From Octopus vulgaris (taxonomy: Eukaryota), in the NCBI GenBank assembly GCA_951406725.2, contig OX597839.1:8742001-8806000 (forward strand): DNA of 64,000 bases. Reading direction: 5' to 3'. A program made the translations under genes and the position numbers. The notes under the pieces were generated by a model. That model did not search any database. It worked only from the letters and a program-made list of their open reading frames with translations, and was not told the origin of the DNA. Shown here piece after piece: positions 26,701 through 38,935 of the stretch. Each line of letters opens with the position of its first letter. Position 1 is the stretch's first letter.

Positions 26701-26982
26701 GTCGACCTCGGCGGAATTTGAACTCAGAACATAGCGGCAGACGAAATATCTATTTCTTTAGTACCCACAAGGGGCTAAACACAAAGAGGACAAACAAGGA
26801 CAGACAAACGGATTAAGTCGATTATATCGACCCCAGTGCGTAACTGGTACTTAATTTATTGACCCCGAAAGGATGAAAGGCAAAGTATACCACGGCGGAA
26901 TTTGAACTCAGAACGTAACGGCAGACGAAATACCGCTAAGCATTTCGCCCGGCGTGCTAAAGTTTCTGCCAGCTCGCCGCCT
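26701..26982 (-). mobile_element. SINE B, one full unit plus a partial tandem unit
   Basis: Same junction position as the 7.2-8.2 kb array. Confidence 0.85.
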
Positions 26983-27004
26983 TAGATTTAACGATTCTGT
27001 CGAT

Positions 27005-27140
27005 CCATCAACCTTGGGCAAGACAAACTGAGGAAGACCTGAAGTCGCAACACCTCAACCTCAACCATGCTAATGCCAGCACCATGGATCGGAAGACGTG
27101 GAATAACATCGTCACCAGAGTCTGTTATCCAGCGGTGCCC
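27005..27140 (+). pseudogene. RTE LINE extreme C-terminal fragment
   Basis: WARQTEEDLKSQHLNLNHANASTMDRKTWNNIV resembles the RTE W..DL..A.DR..W ending. Confidence 0.45.
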
Positions 27141-27311
27141 ACAGTATTGTATTTTAGGGGAGGGGGTAAGTCGATTACGTCGACCCCAGTATTCAACTGG
27201 TACTTATTTTATCGACTCCGAAAGGATGAAAGGCAAAGTTGAACTCGGCGGAATTCGAATAAAGAACCTAAAGAGCCGGAACCTCTAAGGTCCAAAATGA
27301 TTTCAAATATT

Positions 27312-28120
27312 AGGCGCAGGAGTGGCTGTATGGTAAGTAGCTTGCTTACCAACCACATAGTTCTGGGTTCAGTCCCACTGCATGGCACCTTGGGCAAGTG
27401 TCTTCTACTAAAGCCTCGGGCCGACCAAAGCCTTGTGAGTGGATTTGGTAGACGGAAACTGAAAGAAACCCGTCGTATATATATATAATATTATATAATA
27501 TTATATTTTTATATTTTTATATATTTTTATGTATTTTTATATATTTTTTATATTTTTTATATATTTTTTATTTTTTATATATTTTTTATGTATTTTTATA
27601 TAATTTTTATGACGAAAAATGCGAGCGATGTATAAGTACGCAGGCAAGCAGAGTTATAACAGAGTAATTTCCCCTTATTTAACGGTATTTTTTCATAACG
27701 TTTTCAAATAGCCAGATAACCGAAGAGATGGTGTTGTGGATATCCACTTCGGCATCTGAAACTCAGAGTTATATCTTGACTACCGAGTAATGTAACATAT
27801 TGTATAGATAAATTTCCTCTATTTACATAATATTGAGGTCTCTTTCTTTCTTTTGTTATCTTACCGTTTTATCAATATATATATATATATATATGTCTAT
27901 GTACACATATGTGTGTTTGTGTGTCTGTGTTTGTCCCACCAACATCGCTTGACAACCGATGCAGGAGTGTTTACATCCCCGTAATTTAGCGGTTCGGCTT
28001 AAGAGACCGATAGAATAAGTACTAGGCTTACAAAGAATACGTCCTGGGATGAATTTGCTCGATTAAAGGCGGTGCTTTAGCATGGCCGCAGTCAAATGAC
28101 CGAAACGAGTAAAAGAGTAT
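27312..28120 (+). mobile_element. SINE family A split by an insertion in its internal microsatellite
   Basis: Head at 27312-27478, tail at about 27905-28120. Confidence 0.8.
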
Positions 28121-28983
28121 AAGGACAAGACCGCAACTTTAATGGCTGGTGACCAGTCGATGATATCGACTCCAGTACTTGACTGGTACTTATCGATCCT
28201 ACGAGGATTATTGGATAGCAAAAAATCGACCTCAATAATAAAGAATGGCAAAAATCGACCTCGACCGTATTTGAACTCAAGAACATAACGAAACCGCAAC
28301 TAAATACCGCGAGACGTTTTGTCCGACGCTTCAACAATTCTTTCAACTCACCGACCTATAAGAGGAAATAATATAACGCAATATTGAAATCCAATTGCTT
28401 CGGAACAGAGCTGAAAAACCAATCATCAGATTTTACTACCGTTCACCGCAAACTACACATAAAGTAAAGTCGGTAACCAACCAACCACCGAGTCAGCCAG
28501 CAAGACAACAAACCAGACAAATACACACACACACACACACAGTCAATTATCTAACGAAATTTTACCACTATTGGTTAGCATTAAAAATGCTGGCAATTCC
28601 TACAGCCAAACAAAATTAACTGCTATCCGATTGATTCATTGATTGATTAACCAACTGATCAATTTCAGAGATCGATTGGGAGATCAATCAACTGACCAAA
28701 CTTTTAGCTATACATTGATTTCTAAATCCGTCTGAAACCAGTCTGAAAACATTATAGTGAGGTGAGGTGAGGTGAGTTTAACGTAGTCGTTCAACTGTCT
28801 AGAAATAGCAGCCAAATGCCCCCTCCTTCCCCCCAAAAAAAATCACACTAATTATCTTAATACGAGAAAGGGGATGTTAGAGGATTACTAAGATGATCTT
28901 GGCTGAAATGCCTTGGATCATAGGTCAGGTCTACACCGTCAGAACTACCCAAAGGTTAAGCAACGTAAGCAACTACCACAACT

Positions 28984-29258
28984 AGGCGCAGGTGTGGCTG
29001 TGTGGTAAAAAGCTTGCTTCCCAACCACATGGTTCCGGGTTTCATTCCTACTGCGGTGATACTTTGGGCAAGTGTCTTCTACTATAGCCACAACCAGGCG
29101 TAGGAGTGGTTGTGTGGTAAGTAGCTTGCTTACGAACCACATGGTTCCGGGTTCAGTCCCACTGCGTGGCACCTTTGGCTAGTGTCTTCTACTATAGCCT
29201 CGGGCCGACCAAAGACTTGTAAGTGGATTTGGTAGACAGAAACTGAAAGAGGCCCGTC

Positions 29259-29309
<51 letters not shown>

Positions 29310-29512
29310 GTATGTATGTATGTGTTTGTGCATCTCCGTGGTCTGTGTTTGTTCCCCCAACATCGCTTGACAACCGATGCTGGTGTGTTTACGTCCCCAT
29401 AACTTAGCGGTTCGGCTTAAGAGACAGATAGAATAAGTACTAGGCTTACAAAGAATAAGTCCTGGGGTTGATTCGCTCGACTAAAAAGCGGTGCTTCAGC
29501 ATGTCCACAGTC
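28984..29512 (+). mobile_element. SINE A partial head followed by a near-full SINE A
   Basis: Two consecutive tRNA-like heads (28984 and 29096). Confidence 0.8.
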
Positions 29513-29590
29513 AGCCTCGGGCCTACCAAAGCCTTGTGAGTGGATTCGGAAGACAGAAATTGTGTAATCTGTTCTACAAACGCACGTGTG

Positions 29591-29924
29591 AACTGCAAAA
29601 ACAAAAACACTGTATCCCAGATTAAGTGCCAAGAAGGGACTTGCGCGATTATACCGGTGCCCTGAGTTGGTGAGACGTCTAGGAACATCAATGATAGGTT
29701 CAAAGAACACCTGGACAACTACAATGAGAAAAAACCAAACTCCATCTTCTATTAGCATGGTCCTATCTACAATTAGCATGTCCTATCTACAATTAGCATG
29801 TCCTATCTACAATTAGCATGTCCTATCTACACATGCCACTGGGGCAATGCTAAGACACGTCACCGAAGCTGTCTGTATAGAGGAATACAACAGCAAATCC
29901 GAATGGGGTAACACCCAGATTCCA
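29591..29924 (+). pseudogene. Penelope-like element GIY-YIG endonuclease relic
   Basis: NCKNKNTVSQIKCQEGTC..*VGETSRNINDRFKEH..SIFY*H ... MLRHVTEAVCIEEYNSKSEWG; not in the ORF track; interrupted by a 20-bp tandem repeat. Confidence 0.8.
29750..29831. repeat. 20-bp tandem repeat x4
   Basis: ATTAGCATGTCCTATCTACA units. Confidence 0.9.
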
Positions 29925-30023
29925 CTCGGAAGTACCCATCTATAATCATCCCTTACATGTAGAAATCCATACATACATGTTGAGATGCATGATACTGAAA
30001 TACATATATGTAGTTAAATATAT

Positions 30024-30254
30024 ATTTCTTTATTGCCCACAAGGGGCTAAACACAGAGGGGACAAACAAGGACAGACAAAGGGATTAAGTCGATTTCATC
30101 GACCCCAGTGCGTAACTGGTACTTTATTTATCGACCCCGAAAGGATGAAAGGGAAAGTCGACCTCAGCGGAATTTGAACTCAGAACGTAACGACAGACGA
30201 AATACTGCTAAGCATTTCGCCCGGCGCGCTAACGTGTCTGCCAGCTCGCCACCT
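30024..30254 (-). mobile_element. SINE B monomer
   Basis: Colinear with 5548-5778. Confidence 0.9.
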
Positions 30255-30619
30255 ATGTAGTTAAATATAATCGTATGAGCGTACAGAGATTAATATGTAT
30301 ATACCTATGTGTAGATGCATGTGTATTTTAGCGTGCGTGTACGTGTGTGTGTATGAACAAAATAGAAGCTTTGCCGGATTGTTTCAGCGGCAATTTGACA
30401 GCAGCCTTTTGCTCATAGTGATGTATCATTCAGAAACTCCAGCAAGAAAATCCTTAAAGAATCTTGTAGTGGCTTTAGCGATCTATCATGCTGAATGCTC
30501 TAATGCACCAATGAGTTGGGTACACAGCTTGCAACATGACCTTCTCGTGACAAAGGATTGTCAATTGCACTTTTCTTCTTGTTGACTTTTTCAGAAGAAT
30601 GGTGCGTTGGGGAACAAAA

Positions 30620-31032
30620 GCGTCGCCTTACTGGCACTTGTGTCCGTGCTAGTAGGGTGCCAAGAGCACCATCCAAGCGTGATCGTTGCCAGAGCAGCCA
30701 ACTGGCTCCGTGCCGGTGGCACGTAAAAGGGCACCATTCGAGTGTGGCCGTTACCAACGTCGCCTTACTGGCACCTGTGCCGGTTGCATGTGTAAAAAGA
30801 TTCGAGCGAGGTCATTGCCAGTACCACATGACTGGCCCCGTGCCGGTGGCACGTAAAAAGCACCCACTACACTCTCGGAGTGGTTGGCGTTAGGAAGGGC
30901 ATCCAGCTGTAGAAACTCTGCCAAATCAAGATTGGAGCCTGGTGTGGCCGTCTGGTTCGCCAGCCCTCAGTAAAAATCGTCCAAACCATGCTAGCATGGA
31001 AAGCGGACGTTAAACGATGATGATGATGATGA
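30620..31032 (+). mobile_element. Family G element (RTE-type tail, internal minisatellite, (GAT)n end)
   Basis: GGCGTTAGGAAGGGCATCCAGC...GGACGTTAAACGATGATG; other copies at 36845, 47925, 54660 and 57630. Confidence 0.8.
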
Positions 31033-31587
31033 ACACTACAATGGCAACTGTAGAGCCATCTTCTTGGAGGACAAGGTCCAGAGAGTGGGTTTTGCAATGT
31101 ACAAAATATGTTTTGAGGAAACGTCTTTTAATCTCTTTTGTATGCTTGAAATGTTTCCACTCAAGGTACAAGCACCATCAAACGAAAAGCAACATAACTT
31201 TGAACCAAGCAAAGTGTTTAAGCAGCAAAAAATGTCCAAAATAACCTTAGTGACCCCGAAGAACAGTCAGGAGATTATTAAAATCAAGAAAATGTTTGTA
31301 GGCATCCAGGTCTTCAGAAATATAACAGACAATGACTGATTCTTGTTCCATGCCAGAGCAATCACTGGTGCCATCACATTTAATACCAATAAACATGGAA
31401 TCTTCAACTTGTTTTTTCTGATCTCATGCAGGAAGTTATGAACAGCGGTGGTGCCCCAGCAGGGCCGCGGCCTTAGGACTAAAACATTTTTAAGGATTTT
31501 AAGGATATACCTGTAGGATTTCATTTTGTATGGTATCAGATGAGAAATTATCTTGATGTTTAAGCCACTGACTTACTTCTGCACTGC

Positions 31588-32007
31588 GGATCTTTTCGGT
31601 TTGAACGGTAGTTTTTTCTAGCGGTGTCATATGAAATTGTCACCCATAATTACGACCCTAGTATCGATCTATTGCATTTCAATCTGTTTTAGGGTTAAGG
31701 TTACTTAGGGTTAGTTAGGGTTAGGGATGAGGGAAGGGTATCTTTTTTTCTTCACAAATGTAAATAAACCCAATCTGTTTCTTGAACGAGGGACATATTC
31801 ATACGGCACAGAATGTTTTTTACTTCAGTGATTGGTTGAAATTGCAGAAATTGAAGAAAAAAAACAACAAATATCTTACAAACTATAGAATTTTCTCAAT
31901 AAAGCCAAGAGAAAAAGATGTTTTATAAACACATTCTACCACTATACTAAAATTTTTTAGTTACCTAGAAATTATGTTAAAAACTGCCGTTCAAACCGAA
32001 AAGATCC
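31588..32007. mobile_element. MITE H
   Basis: TIRs; TSD TGCACTGC; internal TTAGGG repeats. Confidence 0.9.
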
Positions 32008-32280
32008 TGCACTGCTTTCTTCGGCAAGTTCTTTTACATGATATATGAAGTTTCCTGTGTCATGTTCATGTCCTTGTAATGATAGGCCTTGCCTACCACA
32101 GAATCTGACTGCTTTGAAAATATTTTTTAATGCTTGCTTGGCTACTTCTTGTTACTGAATCGACTTCTTATCCAGAGTCTGTCTTTGGCCAAAAGTGCTA
32201 ACTGCTTTCATGTGGTGACTGGAAGGGTTACGTGGAGTGATTTTTTTGTGTAATGTTGCCCCAGTTTCGTACACAAGTAT

Positions 32281-32452
32281 AGGCACAAGAGTGGCTGTGT
32301 GGTAAGTCGCTTGCTTACTAACAACATGGTTCCGGGTTCAGTCCCACTGCGTGGCATCTTGGGCAAGTGCTTTTTACTATAGCCTCGGGCCGACCAAAGC
32401 CTTGTGAGTGGATTTGGTAGATGGAAACTGAAAGAAGCCCATCGTATATATG

Positions 32453-32505
<53 letters not shown>

Positions 32506-32716
32506 TTGTGTGTCTGTGTTCGTCCCCTTAGCATTGCTTGACAACCAATGCTGGTGTGGTTATGTCCCCGTCACCTAGCGGTTCAGCAGAAGAGACCGAT
32601 AGAATAAGTACTAGGCTTACAAAGAATAAGTCCTGGGGTCGATTTGCTCGACTAAAAGCGGTGCTCCAGCATGGCCGCAGTCAAATGACTGAAACAAGCA
32701 AAAGAGCAAAGAGCAA
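32281..32716 (+). mobile_element. SINE family A, full length
   Basis: Colinear with other A copies. Confidence 0.9.
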
Positions 32717-32962
32717 GTCAAGAAGGCAGTTTCCTTAGACATTGTAATTCTGTTATGCCAAACTCCTTCAGCATAACAACAAATAACAGCATCATGCTGA
32801 ACATCATAATAAGGCCACTGGGCTTCCTTGAACCAGACTGGCATTATGAGTGTTTCTTTACATCCTTAGGAAAGTTGAATGTCTTTCCAGGCACAAATTG
32901 TTTTTGTAAGGAGCAGAATTCCAGTGGCACTTCTTGACATGATGGAAGTGCTTTATCATTAA

Positions 32963-33358
32963 CTAGCAGTATCGCCCGGCGTTGCTCGGGTTTGTAAGGG
33001 AAATAACTATATAAGCATTTTTAGAGATGTAAAGTATAATAGCCATCTCAATATGGCTAACCACAAAGAAGGGGGGTGTTACTGTAGCTTTTTACGTTCT
33101 GAGATTTAATAATACATTTTAGAGTGTTACTTCCCTTATATAATAGCAAAAAAATGCATTAAAAATGGGAAAAAATGATGGTAAATTTTTTTTAAATCGT
33201 AGACTCATCGTAGATGCGCGCTAATACCCAGAAGGGCTCGATATGAATCACGACTATAAGATACCCGGTTTTGGTTAAACTGCACCGCAAAATGTGGGAG
33301 TAGTTAGGAATCTAAATCGTAGGAGACAGACACACAACCTTACTTTTATATATAAAGA
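32963..33358 (-). mobile_element. Non-autonomous Helitron
   Basis: Same termini as 3086-3479; A|T target. Confidence 0.85.
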
Positions 33359-33844
33359 TTTTTTCACAGAATTACATCTCTGCAATCTCCAAAGGTCTTG
33401 CATTCTCTAGACATGATGAAGCACTGAAGAAATCTGAAATTTTCCTCACTTTTGCTTCTGCTGATAATAAAGGAAAAAACTCGAAAAGTGCAAGAAGATC
33501 AACAACTTCATATTAGGAAAGTAGGATTTCTCTTAATTATTTTTGATTAATTTATTAATCATTATCAGATAGGAAAATCGAATATTTTTTTCATTTAACA
33601 ACTTTAAAATTCATCACACTTCGAAAAACAACAAAAAACATTATGATATATATTTGCATATTTTTCATTTGAATTAAATGAGTAACGTTTAGTATACGTA
33701 ATAATGTGAAATATATTTTGTATATTAAAATGCATAATTGCAGAAATATATCAACTGAAGCAAACATAGGCAATAAAAATACAAACTGCAAGTATTTCAA
33801 AATGTGAAACACCATATGACGAAAACTAACACTAAAACAGAAAA

Positions 33845-34650
33845 CAATGCAGTTTAGTGTCCCCATGCAGTTCACTGTTCTGATGCAGTTTAGTGCCCTG
33901 ATACGGTATAGTGTTTCTGATGCAGTATACTGCCCTGATGCATTTTATTGTCCTGAGGCAGTTTAGTGCACTGATGCAGTATAACGTTCTGATGCAGTAT
34001 AGTGTCTTGATGCAGTTTAGTGTTTCTGATGTAGTATACTGCCCTGATGCACTTCATTGACCTGATGCAGTTTAGTGCACTGATACAGTATATTGTTCTG
34101 AAGCAGTATAGTGACCTGATGCACTTTAGTGTCCTGGTGCAGTTTAGTGTCTTGATGCAGTTTAGTGCACTGATGCACTTTATTGTCCTGGTGCAGTTTA
34201 GTGCACTGATGCAGTATAGTGTTTCTGATGTAGTATACTGCCCTGATGCACTTTATTGTCCGGATACAGCTTAGTGCACTGATGCAGTTTAGTGCACTGA
34301 TGCAGTATAGTGTTTCTGATGCAAAATACTGCTCTGATATACTTTATTGTCCTGATGCAGTTTAGTGCACTGATACAGTATATTGTTCTGATGCAGTATA
34401 GTGACCTGATGCACTTTAGTGTCTGGATGAAGTTTAGTGCACTGATGCAGTTTAGTGTCCTGATACGGTATAGTGTTTCTGATGTAGTATACTGTCCTGA
34501 TGCACTTTATTGTCGTGATGCAGTTTAGTTCACTGATGCAGTATAGTGCACTGATGCAGTAGTGTTTCTGATGCAATATACTGCTCTGATTCATTTTATT
34601 GTCCTGATGCAGTTTAGTGCACTGATGTAGTATAGGGTTCTGATGCAGTC
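33845..34650. repeat. Minisatellite of 18-21 bp units with higher-order structure
   Basis: CTGATGCAGTTTAGTGCA and variants. Confidence 0.95.
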
Positions 34651-35254
34651 TCGATGAGCAAGAAACTGGCAGCCTCAGATCTCCTTCAATTCATACCCAA
34701 CAGTCTTATTTTTTTATTTAAAAACAAAAGGACAACGGATAACAAAATGCTAGATATATCTGGGAATAAGGCAGTATTGTCACGGTTGGAATGTATTTGG
34801 TTTCACCATTGTTTCTTTTTGTTCTATCAGGACTGATTGGTGGTGGTGGGGAACAACAAACTACAACATCCTTGCATCCGGTTACCTTTCAATTTCTGAC
34901 ACCCCTGCACCAACTTAGAGATAAACATAACTAAATGAATAAATATCGATTGATTGTTTCAGCGATCGATTAATTGATAAACGAAAGAAGCAGACATTTG
35001 AACATTGGAGAAAGACAAAAAAATATATTGGAATTTATGTAGAGATCTTTTAGAAATCAGATCGATATGGTTGTTCCTTCTCCTCTTCCTTCTTCCCCAT
35101 CTTCTGTCGCTATACATGAGCGGAAGAAAAAAAATCATTCGTTTCACTATGAGAATACGAAACCAAAAAGCATTCGAAAGGGTTTGCCTTTAAATATATA
35201 AGGCAAACACGCGCACACACAACACTTTCATGTACATATATATATATATATATA

Positions 35255-35652
35255 TTTTTTTTTACTTGTTTCAGTCATTTTGACTGCGGCCATGCTAGAG
35301 CACCGCCTTTAATCGAGCAACTCGACACCGGGACTTATCCTTTTTGTAAGTACTTATTCTATCGGTATCTTTTGCCGAACCGCTAAGTGACGGGAACATA
35401 AACACACCAGCATCGGTTGTCAAGCAATGCTAGGGGGACAAACACAGACACACAAACATACACACACATACATATATATACATATATACGACGGGCTTCT
35501 TTCAGTTTCCGTCTACCAAATCCACTCACAAGGCTTTGGTCGGCCCGAGGCTATAGTAGAAGACACTTGCCCAAGGTGCCACGCAGTGGGACTGAACCCG
35601 GAACCATGTGGTTGGTAAACAAGCTACTTACCACACAGCCACTCCTGCGCCT
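35255..35652 (-). mobile_element. SINE family A, full length
   Basis: Colinear with other A copies. Confidence 0.9.
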
Positions 35653-35847
35653 ATATACATACATACATATATGTATATAAATAATGAGGGAGATAAATTG
35701 AATACTAATTTAATTAATATCAATTTAAAACCAGTAGCCTAGCATACAAAAATCTGAAAAATCAGAGAAAATTCTAATACATGTGTATATTTAATACATG
35801 TGTAAATATACACATGTACATATATATATATATAATCAAATTCTCGC

Positions 35848-35899
<52 letters not shown>

Positions 35900-36023
35900 T
35901 GCCCCAGCAACAAAATTTGCTAAGGGGGTGCAAACCCAGGTCCTAATTTTTTAATGAAAAATGTGGATTTTTCCAATGTTAACATTAAAACAAATGCAGG
36001 TATAATAATAATTTTTATTATTA

Positions 36024-36525
36024 TGAGGGTCGGCTGAAATGTTCATAATCTGAGCAAGACACTCTCAATGGAATGTGACGAAATGAAGTTCATTTTCTAT
36101 CATAGTTCCTCTTACTGTCCACACATTTCCATTAGTAGTTGCAGTGCTTGGGTCGCACTGGTGAAGAAGCTTTTCTCTTGATCAAAATGGTCATCTACAA
36201 CAGATAAGATGTTCTCATCATAGTGATACTGGTGCTCAGCTGAGTGTTTTTCTGTTGGGAAACATGATTACCAGAAGGAACCAAATCACTAACATAGGGA
36301 GGATGATCAACCAGTTCAAAGCCAGCCACACACAGCAGCCATTAAAACCAAGGACTTGTGTGCTGAAGCATTGTCCTAATGAAACAAAACCCCCATTCAT
36401 CAGTTTTTCTGGGTGTTTGATCTTGACAGCCTTTCATAACTGCCTTAGGAAGTTGGTATTGAAATGTTCCATTGATGGTGAGATCATTTTGAAGATAGCC
36501 AATAAACACAATATTTTTTGCATTA
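36024..36525 (-). mobile_element. Mariner (DD34D-type) 3' relic
   Basis: TA-TGAGGGTCGGCTGAAA terminus; minus strand VLFH*DNASAHKS and FELVDHPPY motifs. Confidence 0.75.
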
Positions 36526-36844
36526 ATGCATAGTATATATAATAATGTGAAGTATATTTTGCATATTAAAATGTTTAATTTTGGAAATGTATCAAGCGGA
36601 GCTAAAATAAGCAGTAAAATTACAAATTGCAAGTATTTCAAAATGTGGGATACTACATGACAAAAACTAAAAAAAAAAAAAAAGGAAGAAAATAGTGGTG
36701 CTTGTGTTCCAAAGGTACAATGAGAAGGCTCAGGAGAAGGATAGAGAGATGGGGTAGAGGGAAGGAAGTTAGAAGGAAAGAAAAGAATGAAAAGTGAAAA
36801 GATAAACTGGGGATCTGAAATGAGTACTAGGCAGGAAAGTAGCC

Positions 36845-37031
36845 CCTGTGCCGGTGGCACGTAAAAAACAGCACCCACTACACTCTCAGAGTTGTTGGCA
36901 TTAGGAAGGGCATCCAGCTGTAAAAACACTGCCAGATCAGACTGGAGCATGGTGCAGCCTCCTGGCTTCCCAGGCCCCAGTCAAACCATCCAACCTATTA
37001 CAGTATGGAAAATGGACATTAAACAATGATG
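36845..37031 (+). mobile_element. Family G, partial
   Basis: Homologous to 30836-31025. Confidence 0.75.
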
Positions 37032-37379
37032 TCTTACCTATGCACTGGTCAAGTAGAAAAACGATGAGTGATAAAAAATTGGATTGTCGTTTGGTACCAA
37101 AAAGTGAAGAAAGAGAGTAGAGAAGGTTAGGGAAGAGCAAGTAGGAAGAAAGAGAGAGTGCAGAGTAATAAGGGAATAAAGATAGACAGCAGGTAGTTGA
37201 CAGAGATGGATAGAGGAAGAAACGGAAGGCAGTAAAGAGAGAAAAGCAGCAGATAGGTAGATAGAGGGGAGAGGAGAAGGACAGAGAAATAGATAGAAAA
37301 GGGAGACAGTCTTGCACCAAATATTGAACACTGTGTAGGGTACCACTGAGTGGGAACAGAAGTGAGTGTGTGACATTAC

Positions 37380-38130
37380 ATTGACTAACAGCCATAAAAT
37401 GTTGCACAGAAAGTCAACACACACATATATAATGATGAAGGAAATTGTTGTATACAGTGCTCAGGTGCACTACAACTAAAAAGAAAAAAAAAATGGCCAT
37501 CGGGTGTACTGTTGGCGGATTTCAGGACACATGGAAGTTTTAAAGGATGTAGTGTCTTGACAGCTAACAACTGATGCAGGTGGTTTATTCCATGCTTCTG
37601 CAATTCTGAGTATGAAAAATTGTTACTGAAAGTCATGGGTGCTGTGTTTTTTTTTTGATTTTATAAGCATGTCCGTGAGTGTTTGTCTTATGGAATTCAA
37701 AAAGGTACCCAAGGTTGTTGTTGGAAATATGGTGGATAATCTTGTGGGTGTCAATCAAGTCAGTTGTCAGATGTCTGAGCTTTAATGTATCCATGCCCAG
37801 GAATGCAAGACATTCAGAGTATGGTAGATGTCTGATGGCAGGTATTCGCTTTGTTGAACATTTCTGAACAGTTTCCAGGAGATTTATATGCTGAGAAAGA
37901 GAGGGGTCCCAGACTGGTGTTGCAAATTCCAAGTGTGGACATCTATATCATTAATATATGCAACTAACAGTAAGGGTCCAAGAACAGATCCCTGCGGTAC
38001 ACCAGAAGTAATCTTGTAGGGTGAAGAGCGATGTCCTAGAACTGTAACTACATCTTTCCGGCCGAGAATGAAGAATTTCAGCCAGTTATAGAGATCATCC
38101 TTCACACTCACTGCAAGTAGTTTTACACCA
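37380..38130 (-). mobile_element. CR1-clade LINE 3' fragment with internal deletion
   Basis: SGVPQGSVLGPLLLVAYIND joined to LEFATPVWDP...LETVQKCSTKRIP...LPYSECL. Confidence 0.85.
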
Positions 38131-38171
38131 ATTACACTATTTTTTTTATAATTTAAAGGCCATGGACTGAA

Positions 38172-38590
38172 GATGTGAATTTTTCGAGTCCTCTCCCCCA
38201 CCCACCCCCTTTCACGAGCGCGCATTTTTTTCGTCATATTCGTTTAGAGCAAGTTGTTTTACACCTATTACACTAATTTTTTTTGTTTTTGTGCCCGGGT
38301 CAGACGCTTTCGGAAATTCCCGATGTGAATTTTCCGAGTGCTCTCCCCCACCCCTTATCACGAGAGCGCATTTTTTTTTTTTGTCATATTCGTTTAGTGC
38401 AAGTTGTTTTACACATATTACATTACTTCTATTTTGTTTTGGTGCCCGGGTCAGCCCCTCAGACGCTTTCGGAAATTCCCGATGTGAATTTTCCGAGGCC
38501 TCTCCCCCACTCCCCTTTCGCGTGCGCGCATTTTTTTCATATTCGTTTAGAGGAAGTTGTTTTACACCTAATACACATTTTTTTTTTATT
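38172..38590. repeat. Tandem repeat of about 150 bp x3
   Basis: GATGTGAATTTT...CATATTCGTTTAG...GTTGTTTTACAC units. Confidence 0.85.
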
Positions 38591-38619
38591 TTGACAGGGT
38601 TTAACGCTTTAGCTTAACC

Positions 38620-38842
38620 TATATGTGTTTGTGTGTGTTTGCGTGTCTGTGTTTGTTCCCCCAACATCGCTTGACAACCGATGCTGGTGTGTTTACGTCT
38701 CCGTAACTTAGCGATTCGGCAAAAGACACCGATAGAATAAGTACTAGGCTCACAAAGAATAAGTCCTGGGGGTCGATTTGCTCGATTACATGCGGTGCTC
38801 CAACATGGCCGCAGTCAGATGATTGAAACAAGTAAAAGAGAG
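38620..38842 (+). mobile_element. SINE A tail fragment
   Basis: 3' half only. Confidence 0.8.
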
Positions 38843-38867
38843 ATAAATGTCTGTCCTTCCTTCCTTC

Positions 38868-38935
<68 letters not shown>

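Larger units (their letters stand above)
30355..33480 (-). pseudogene. hAT (Tip100/ZMYM1-like) transposase relic with nested insertions
   Basis: Manual translation in order: WFKEAQWPYYDVQHDAVICC (TTF-like zinc finger), FKAVRFCGRQGLSLQGH..GNF, SDTIQNEIL, IKCDGTSDCSGMEQ, SFDGACTLSG, YFVHCKTHSLDLV (CxxH), PTHWCIR. Confidence 0.8.

Noticed and set aside
31688-31740. True telomere or fusion site
   Set aside because: A few degenerate TTAGGG units inside a MITE with a TSD
33845-34650. Hammerhead array suggested by repeated CTGATG
   Set aside because: Reads CTGATGC rather than CTGATGA, with no GAAA or stems
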